Below are positions 8,262 through 15,338 of a stretch of DNA of 49,903 nucleotides, piece by piece. Position 1 is the stretch's first letter. The number at the start of each line of letters is the position of its first letter. A program made the translations under genes and the position numbers. The notes beneath the pieces are model-generated. The model was given only the letters and a program-made list of their open reading frames with translations. It made no database searches and was not told the origin of the DNA. This stretch comes from a virus (Duplodnaviria > Caudoviricetes): positions 1-49,903 of IMG/VR virus record IMGVR_UViG_3300017780_002852. One strand, given 5' to 3'.

Positions 8262-8454
8262 CGTGGAAACCCTGCCGCGTATAGGACGCGTATGCCCGTT
8301 CGGCGTTGGCGCGACTGTCCAAGGGATACATAACCGTGTCCCACTGGCCTAGCGGCTGGCCGTCCCGATTGTCCGGCATTCCGACGCCGCGCCAAACGTG
8401 CAGCGATATGTAACCGTCGCGCGTGTCTTTCGCGCCAGATTTGAAAACGTTCAA
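8236..8454 (-). CDS. First early hypothetical protein
   Basis: GGGAG RBS upstream of TTG start. Confidence 0.55.
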   Translation of the reverse strand: MNVFKSGAKDTRDGYISLHVWRGVGMPDNRDGQPLGQWDTVMYPLDSRANAERAYASYTRQGFHVDMVIPRG

Positions 8455-8898
8455 GGCACAATACTCCCGTTGTTGACACTCAAAGGTTGAGTGTTTTGTC
8501 AGTGGCTACTAAGCGCGAGCATAGCTCCGCCTTTGGCCAAAACCGGCTTTTCAGGCCGGTGCGATTTATCCCCAACGTTTCCCAAGCTGCCCCCATGCAC
8601 ACAACGCGCATGGCTTCACCCAGTACTCGGCAAGAGCACACAAGCGCGGCAAGAGATAAGGCCGCTATGAGGTCGCACGGGTTCGCATTCCCCCAAAGGA
8701 GGGGCTTGGTTCTTCCGGCCACAAAAGGACCATACACCACCCCGCCCCAGATACCATATCGATAATCGATAAACCACCACTTGTGATAATTATTACACAC
8801 CTTGTAACGATGTTCACGCCTCCCCGGGCGAGCGTGATAGATGTTACAAAGCGAGGAGAACGCGCGAGGGGGAGAAGAACGCGTACATACGCGCGAGA

Positions 8899-8914
8899 TG
8901 CAAGACCCGTGCCA
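8899..8914 (-). promoter_or_regulatory. sigma54 -24/-12 consensus site
   Basis: TGGCACG-GGTC-TTGCA on minus strand. Confidence 0.75.
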
Positions 8915-9076
8915 TTCATCCCATATCGCCAAGTCGAACCCCTCCGCTACCCATCCCTAGGCGGACGGGAACTCGCGAGTGCGGGCCATCCCTGCCCCGG
9001 CAAGAGGCATGAACGAAAGGGGAACATGATATCACCTGACGTTACGTCATACTGAGATTTTCTAAACAGTCGTGCT

Positions 9077-9213
9077 TGATACTCATGCAAGTAACGTGCC
9101 ATGGCTATATTACAAATGTAACATCGGGATACCCATTGATACTGATGCAAGTAACGGGCCAGATTATGTTTGTAATACAACGGGGTGATGATACTGATGC
9201 AAGTAACGTGCCG
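9077..9213 (-). repeat. Three 24-bp direct repeats, each carrying a sigma54 -24/-12 site
   Basis: TGATACT(C/G)ATGCAAGTAACG(T/G)GCC at 9077, 9137 and 9189; minus strand reads TGGCACG/TGGCCCG/CGGCACG-TTAC-TTGCA. Confidence 0.85.
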
Positions 9214-9536
9214 TGTTAGTCCTGATGCCTGAATTCTGAATACTGAATACTTTGCTCAACGTTCAGTGTTCAGTGAAACATCCTGTAACATTAATTGAAC
9301 GGGGAGGGGATTGACTTCCCTTACGCCCATATGATAAGATGAACGCGGGGGGTAGCCAAGGGGGGTCATGGGGGCCTTCCTCTGTGCAATGACACACGTT
9401 TTCATATTCTCCAAGAAATTCTCAGAATATTGGCCCGTGACTCCCTTGACAAATTTCCCGGATGCGGCATTTGAGCCTCTATGGACTTTTCTGTCGGTCT
9501 TCTCTAGAAACAGAATGGCTTTTTCTTAAAAGCCTC

Positions 9537-9565
9537 TTGACTTTTGTTTCAAAATATGCTATAAT
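9537..9565 (+). promoter_or_regulatory. sigma70-type promoter for the structural arm
   Basis: TTGACT-17nt-TATAAT with TG extended -10. Confidence 0.85.
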
Positions 9566-9776
9566 ATAGATGTAATCCAAAACAAGATACAACAACATCC
9601 CTACTAATGGCAGTCCTTCAGTAATGAAGACAGCCTGTCGGCTGTGGGTTTGCTGAACGCCACAGCAACAACGCTGGTGAGTCTACTAGAATCCTCCCAT
9701 ATATTAGGAGAGGGCTGAATTTCAAAATCGGTAATCAAGCCTTTGCTTGGTTGATCCTTACCTAAAGGGGCGCTCT

Positions 9777-11864
9777 ATGTCTAAGATTGAAGAACTGACC
9801 GACATCAACGCCTCTTATACAGGCATCTCCAAACTCAATAGCCATCTGGCCAAGATTGAGACTGCGTTCCAGAATACCCTGAGTAGGGATGGATCGACGC
9901 CTAACCACATGCTTGCTGACATTGACATGAATAGTCAGCAACTGATCAATCTGGGTACACCCACCCTTGGTCACCACGCTGTAACAAAATCGTATCTGGA
10001 CGCTATTGCGTTTGATGGCTCGGTAGACTTGGCTCTCCCGGGCCGTATTAAATTCTACAACACGTACTCTGACATGCAGTCTGAGTCTGTGGATGGGGGC
10101 CTTGAGGCCAATGCGGTGTTCTGCACAGCAGGACGCTCAGCGGCTGGTGACGGGGGCTTTGGCTTCTGGCGCGTCAGGTCGGGATCAACGACAGATAACG
10201 GTGGCACAGCTATCAACCATAGCTCCTTGAGCTTCTACTTCGAGCGCCTGCACGACGGGATTTTCAACGTAGACTGGTTTGGTTCTGAGTTCGGTGCTGC
10301 GGCGACAGCAGCTGTTACAGCCTTCCCTTCTGTCGGTGGGTATCTTAAAACCACCCCGGGTAAGCACTACACGGCTACTACCCAGTTCGCGATCCCGCGC
10401 ACAAAGAACTTCTACACCATTGATATGCAAGGTTCCCGGTTTACGTGGAGCTACACAGGGGGTTCCCCGATCAAGGTTGGTGATGGCATAGCCCAGACTC
10501 AAGGGGCGGTGTTTATTGGCTACGGGTCGTACATGGAGCAGTCTGTCTCCGCGACTAACGCCCTCTTCGAGATCAGGGGTCTTCGGAACCTGTACACCCT
10601 TGGGCTGAAGGGTGCCGGTATCTACAGCCTCTGCAAATGGGGTGACCCGGCAGATGCCCAGTCCTGCTACCAGTGGTGGCACAAGGACTGTGAATGGAAT
10701 ATGAACACAACGGCCCACTCCCACCTTATCAATGCAAACGGGTCGGCTGGTGGTTACTACGAGACCGACACCTATATTGAAGGTGTGCTTGCCAACGCTG
10801 CGACTACGGCTGCCTTCTACCTTGACATCAACCAAGGCCCGGCAAGGTTTGACGGGATGAGCCGGAACGGCGGAATCTGGAAGTACTTCGACTACGGAGT
10901 GTACGCGGAAAACGCTCGCATCGTCAACTTTGACTGGTCAAGCTCCGTCCGAACAGATGATATGAAAGACTGGTGCTTCCGTGTCCTTGTCAACTCCCTT
11001 GGTGTCAAGGGTGGTTGTGAGGGCATCAATATTCGTGGGACATTCAGTGGCGGGCAACAAGGTGGTGGGGTCTGGCTCTCCAACGAGTCCGGGGCTGCCG
11101 CTGCTGTAATCCAGAACGTCTCGGTCTCCGATGTTCAGACTGCAAACCTTGTGGAAGCTTTCTTCAAGGCAACAACCACAGGTACAGGGACGATGAAGCA
11201 ACTTCACGTCCACAACAACTACCTGTCGGACTACAACACGTCGTCCAACAACGTTGACTGTATCGTTCTTGATGGAGACATCACTGAGTCCTCAGTCTCC
11301 GGGAATACCATGGACCGTAAGAATGGTTCATCGTTTACCCCCAGATACCTCATCTACAATAACACAGCCTCCACCAAATCCATCTGGATCACAGCTGATA
11401 ACTCGACTATTGACGCCAACACAGGGGTTGTCTACGATCCCAACATTGGTGACCTGTCAATCAAAAGGTTCTGCGCACTCCACGGGGATGGGACCCCGCG
11501 TAAGGCTTATCCCCTTACCTTTGTCCAGACCAACTTTGCTGCGTCTCAGACAGACGTTGCCATGGAGTCGGCCACGGGTATCGGGACATTCTACCGTGTT
11601 CCCAACCGCTCGCGAGTCACTGAAATCTCTACATCCCTGAACGCAGCCGTTGCGGCGGGGTCGCTTACAATTGGATACGGGGTGGCTACTATCGATCCCA
11701 ACCTCGATATTGTCCACACATCTGGCACAGGCTCGACAGTCCGTTACGTGTCTGGTTCAGCCGCTCTGGCTGCCGGAGACTCGGTCTTTGTCAGGTACAC
11801 AACCAATGCTGGCGTCACATTGAACATTGACGGTTCGGCTACCGTCTGGGTTCAGGAGATGTAA
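9777..11864 (+). CDS. Tailspike / tail fibre, probable beta-helix depolymerase
   Basis: N-terminal anchor (LSRDGSTPN-M-DIDMNS) shared with gene at 22164; GR-AGDGG-G and NVDWFG tailspike neck motifs; Asn/Gly/Ser-rich beta repeats; ATG 9777 follows AAAGGGG. Confidence 0.8.
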   Translation: MSKIEELTDINASYTGISKLNSHLAKIETAFQNTLSRDGSTPNHMLADIDMNSQQLINLGTPTLGHHAVTKSYLDAIAFDGSVDLALPGRIKFYNTYSDMQSESVDGGLEANAVFCTAGRSAAGDGGFGFWRVRSGSTTDNGGTAINHSSLSFYFERLHDGIFNVDWFGSEFGAAATAAVTAFPSVGGYLKTTPGKHYTATTQFAIPRTKNFYTIDMQGSRFTWSYTGGSPIKVGDGIAQTQGAVFIGYGSYMEQSVSATNALFEIRGLRNLYTLGLKGAGIYSLCKWGDPADAQSCYQWWHKDCEWNMNTTAHSHLINANGSAGGYYETDTYIEGVLANAATTAAFYLDINQGPARFDGMSRNGGIWKYFDYGVYAENARIVNFDWSSSVRTDDMKDWCFRVLVNSLGVKGGCEGINIRGTFSGGQQGGGVWLSNESGAAAAVIQNVSVSDVQTANLVEAFFKATTTGTGTMKQLHVHNNYLSDYNTSSNNVDCIVLDGDITESSVSGNTMDRKNGSSFTPRYLIYNNTASTKSIWITADNSTIDANTGVVYDPNIGDLSIKRFCALHGDGTPRKAYPLTFVQTNFAASQTDVAMESATGIGTFYRVPNRSRVTEISTSLNAAVAAGSLTIGYGVATIDPNLDIVHTSGTGSTVRYVSGSAALAAGDSVFVRYTTNAGVTLNIDGSATVWVQEM

Positions 11865-11866
11865 CT

Positions 11867-12397
11867 ATGGCTAACAAGTTCAAGGGTGGTAACAATGCGT
11901 GGATGAGCACGGGGCTTTTTGCCGATGTGCTTCTCCGCCATAACCGCCCTGAGTATAATCTTGAGCGTTGCCTTTACTGGCTGGAGGATCGGGAAATCGA
12001 GGGGGACCCGAGACCTATTTTCAAAGACCTCTATATCAGATTGAAGGACCCGACAGGTGTTAAAGCTGCTCAACTTTATCTCGATGGCTATTCCCATTTT
12101 GAGTACATTATGGAAAGCTCTCCGTGGTTTAAGGAAGCCGTCGAAAGATGGAACCGAGAACTCGAAGCCACCTTCAGAGCCGAAGCCCTAGAGCGTGTCA
12201 GAGAGCTTGCGGAAAGTGCAGCTGGGGAGGCTGTCGCTCTGGCAGCGAATAAGTATTTGGCTAACCTTGATTACAACAAGGAGCCAAAAGCAAAGCGGGG
12301 ACGCCCCTCCGCCAAAGAAGTAGAGGGCGAACTAAAGCGTCAAGCACACCGGGACACATCACTTGCCTCGGATTATCAACGTATGAAAGGAAACTAA
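11867..12397 (+). CDS. terS: Probable terminase small subunit
   Basis: FKDLY-DPT...WF-EAV-RW-EL helical pattern, basic KRGRP tail, upstream of terL. Confidence 0.65.
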   Translation: MANKFKGGNNAWMSTGLFADVLLRHNRPEYNLERCLYWLEDREIEGDPRPIFKDLYIRLKDPTGVKAAQLYLDGYSHFEYIMESSPWFKEAVERWNRELEATFRAEALERVRELAESAAGEAVALAANKYLANLDYNKEPKAKRGRPSAKEVEGELKRQAHRDTSLASDYQRMKGN

Positions 12398-12400
12398 CCA

Positions 12401-12916
12401 ATGGCTGCTGCTCTAAACCGCAAAGTCGATATGCGTGGACTCATCCTGCAAGTCGCCGGTATTGAAGAAAAACCGACCTCGAACGCCACCAAGACTCTGG
12501 CGGCTGGTTCGACAAAGACCCTGACTGCTAACGACTCTGGCGCGTATGTGCAGCTGGACACGGCGGCGGGTTCTACCGTCACCCTCCCGGCTGGCTCTAC
12601 GTGCGCCATCGGCACCAAGTTCACGTTTACCGTAAGCGTGCTTGCAACGTCCAACTCCCACATTGTCAAAGTGGCGAACTCGTCTGACATCATGATTGGC
12701 TCGCTTGCCACAAACGACAGCGACACGTCGGATGCTTACGCCTCGTTCAACACAACGTCCACGTCGGACACCATCACTCTGAACCGCACGACTACTGGTT
12801 CGGTGCGTACTGGTGAGACGTTCACCTGTGAATACGTGGCTACTAACCGCTGGCTGGTTTCCGGCTTCGTGGTTGTCAGCGGCACCCCGGCGACTCCGTT
12901 CTCGGCGACCGTCTAA
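12401..12916 (+). CDS. Virion structural / decoration protein
   Basis: Thr/Ser/Ala-rich beta protein, LT-DSG...VTLPA...G-F-F pattern. Confidence 0.6.
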   Translation: MAAALNRKVDMRGLILQVAGIEEKPTSNATKTLAAGSTKTLTANDSGAYVQLDTAAGSTVTLPAGSTCAIGTKFTFTVSVLATSNSHIVKVANSSDIMIGSLATNDSDTSDAYASFNTTSTSDTITLNRTTTGSVRTGETFTCEYVATNRWLVSGFVVVSGTPATPFSATV

Positions 12917-13209
12917 TGACCAAGTATTTCCAACAAGGTACTCGCGAGTACGACTTCACAAACACAGACGTGATCGCGGTAGCCGGGGCGTCGGCTCAGT
13001 CTGCTGCCTTTATCTCGTCGGAGATTCTGGTGACAGGTAACACTAACTGCTGGATCACTATTGGTGCGAACCCGACAGCTGTGGCTGACACAGATGGAAA
13101 TATGTATCTGGCGGCTAACGGTGAACGACACATTCGCGTCAAGGTCGGTGACAAGCTGGCTGTGATCCAAGACTCGGCAGCGGGCCACATCTCGGTGTCT
13201 CCTTGCTAA
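12916..13209 (+). CDS. Small putative structural protein
   Basis: Coupled ORF; GANPTA motif, beta-rich. Confidence 0.6.
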   Translation: MTKYFQQGTREYDFTNTDVIAVAGASAQSAAFISSEILVTGNTNCWITIGANPTAVADTDGNMYLAANGERHIRVKVGDKLAVIQDSAAGHISVSPC

Positions 13210-13901
13210 TCAGGCCCGCCACTCTCATGGGTAGCGTTGCCCCGCAGACTCTTCTGGAGCAAATCCAGCAGAGGGCTGCGGGGTTAACGCCTCTTTACTA
13301 TCTGAACTTCATGAGTGACATTGCCTATGTCAACGGGACTAACCTTGGAAGCATTGCCAACATCCCGTCCATCACGGGAACTTTGAACCTTTCTTCTGCT
13401 GGACACACTTTTGCAGCAGCAGCGAACGGCCTCAAGTTCCCTATCTCTGGCGTCACGCAACCCCTCACTGTCGTGGTTGAAGGTGTACGAGATACAGACA
13501 CCGGGGGTGTGGAAGGGTTTGCTATTGTCTGTGATAACACCGCCGCCGAACAAGTCAAGATTGAGGTGTCGGCGGCTGACCAGTTCAGGTTTATTACCCT
13601 GAAGGGTGGAGTCACCCAAGCAAACGTTGCGGCCTCTGGTACAACCATTATCGGGAAGCGAGTACGCATAGCTGGACGCAGCAACACAGACTCTGTGCAA
13701 ACAGCTCGTACTACTGATGGTGGGGTTGTCACAATGGGCACAGAGGACACCCTTGCAACTATTCCAAATAACCCCACCCACGTCTGGCTTGGGTATGATG
13801 AACTGGGAAGTTCAACTCCGTTCAGAGGTAAAATCAGAGAGTTCATGATTATCAACGGCGCGCAGAACGATGCCACCCTCCAAGCTCTTGCTAATATATA
13901 A
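13203..13901 (+). CDS. LamG/concanavalin A-like putative fibre protein
   Basis: C-terminal VWLG...FRGKIREFMIIN...L-AL pattern typical of LamG folds. Confidence 0.6.
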   Translation: MLIRPATLMGSVAPQTLLEQIQQRAAGLTPLYYLNFMSDIAYVNGTNLGSIANIPSITGTLNLSSAGHTFAAAANGLKFPISGVTQPLTVVVEGVRDTDTGGVEGFAIVCDNTAAEQVKIEVSAADQFRFITLKGGVTQANVAASGTTIIGKRVRIAGRSNTDSVQTARTTDGGVVTMGTEDTLATIPNNPTHVWLGYDELGSSTPFRGKIREFMIINGAQNDATLQALANI

Positions 13902-14312
13902 ATGCCTAGACCCAGACAACGCAATATCTACTACGCAACCCGCAGTAGCGGGGAGGCCAGTGTTGGTCCAGCAGGACCAGAAGGCCCAATGGGACCAACA
14001 GGACCTGCTGGCGCAGATGGTGCCACAGGACCAGCAGGAGCAGATGGTGCCTCCTCAGTTGCTTACCCCGTTACAGTCACTACAGCCAACGTCAGAGATG
14101 TGGAGTACACTGTAGCCCACGTTGGGATGGTTTCCAGTTCCATCATCAAAGCTTTTATTAAAGCAGGCTTGGACAGTGATGAGAACAACGCCGACATGAT
14201 GCCTGAAGCTACTGTGAGTGCAATGGCTGGTACAGACACGGTCACCATTATCCTGACTTCGACAATCCCTATGTCCGGTCCTGTCAACATAGTTTATGAG
14301 GTTCTCCCTTGA
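13902..14312 (+). CDS. Collagen-like repeat protein
   Basis: GPAGPEGPMGPTGPAGADGATGPAGADG (Gly-X-Y repeats). Confidence 0.75.
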   Translation: MPRPRQRNIYYATRSSGEASVGPAGPEGPMGPTGPAGADGATGPAGADGASSVAYPVTVTTANVRDVEYTVAHVGMVSSSIIKAFIKAGLDSDENNADMMPEATVSAMAGTDTVTIILTSTIPMSGPVNIVYEVLP

Positions 14313-15058
14313 GCAAAATATCTACAGACCTACGTAGCGGAGTTCTACACCCGCGAGAGAACCTGTATGTTACAGGAAACTTGGGGTCGCTGAACTCTGA
14401 GATCATCACATATTGTGACGGTTCTGCTTCCGTGACTCTGGATATGCGAGGAACTTTCAGCGGGACCTTTGAAGTTGCCGGGACTGTCGATGGCACAAAC
14501 TGGATTGCTATCCCGATCAGAATGGTCAACGTTGCGGCTGTCGCTTATGTTATTGCAGCGGTTGGTACGACAGCTGGTGTCTGGATTGGCTCCTGTGTTG
14601 GATACAGGCAGGTGCGCGTGCGTTGCACGGCCTACACAAGTGGCACAGCAATTGCTACGTTGGTTGCCTCCGCGTACCCTGATATTGGTCCACAAACATT
14701 AACGACGACGGCTACTGCAACTGCTACCGGTGCGTCTGGTGCAGCTGTCACCCTCACCATTGCTTCTCCGGGTACTGGTCTACGTCCTTACCTGACCTAC
14801 CTGTCGATTAACAGGTATGCTGCGGCTGTATTGACTGCCTCTGCGACTCCTGTTGTCGTGACTACAACTAATATTCCAACCAGCCTTGCTTTCACCTTCC
14901 CAGCGGATGCCGCTGCTCTTGGGACTATTGACCGTTGGCGTGAGGACTTTGCTTACCCCATTGCCACAAGTGCGCAAGCAACTGCGACGACTATTGTATG
15001 CCCAGTGACAACTGGTGTTATCTGGCGGGTGACTGCTGGATACTTTGTAGCCCCGTAA
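14309..15058 (+). CDS. Putative virion fibre/decoration protein
   Basis: GTFSGT...TVDGTNW...VRVRCTAYTSG beta-sandwich pattern; Thr/Ala-rich. Confidence 0.6.
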   Translation: MSKISTDLRSGVLHPRENLYVTGNLGSLNSEIITYCDGSASVTLDMRGTFSGTFEVAGTVDGTNWIAIPIRMVNVAAVAYVIAAVGTTAGVWIGSCVGYRQVRVRCTAYTSGTAIATLVASAYPDIGPQTLTTTATATATGASGAAVTLTIASPGTGLRPYLTYLSINRYAAAVLTASATPVVVTTTNIPTSLAFTFPADAAALGTIDRWREDFAYPIATSAQATATTIVCPVTTGVIWRVTAGYFVAP

Positions 15059-15071
15059 TAGGAGAACCACA

Positions 15072-15338
15072 TTGCCCGCAATGACCCTTGCGCAAAAACG
15101 TGCAGCTAAGAAATACAACGCAAAACCGGAACAGATCAAACGGCGATCAAGCCGTAACAAGGCCCGCCGCAAAATGATCAAAGCAGGTAAAGCCAGAAAA
15201 GGTGATGGTAAAGACGTTGGACACAAAAATGGTAACCCCCTCTCAAACAAACGCTCTAACCTCAGAATGCAATCCAAACGGAGCAACCGCTCCTTCGCCC
15301 GCACCAAAACGGCGCGGAAGAAAAACCCGCGCGACTAA
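15072..15338 (+). CDS. Small basic HNH-like endonuclease (terminase-associated)
   Basis: KGDGKDVGHK-G-N-SNLR-S-NR; AGGAG RBS. Confidence 0.7.
   Translation: MPAMTLAQKRAAKKYNAKPEQIKRRSSRNKARRKMIKAGKARKGDGKDVGHKNGNPLSNKRSNLRMQSKRSNRSFARTKTARKKNPRD

Noticed and set aside
9077-9212. Mini-CRISPR array (24-bp repeats with 36- and 28-bp spacers)
   Set aside because: Only three repeats, unequal spacers, no repeat palindrome or GAAAC-like end, no cas operon; the repeat core matches the sigma54 consensus and a fourth isolated core lies at 8899
9311-9340. Additional sigma70 promoter TTGACT...TAAGAT (and TTGACA near 9446)
   Set aside because: 18-nt spacing or no good -10 box, and lacks the extension shared by the other six promoters
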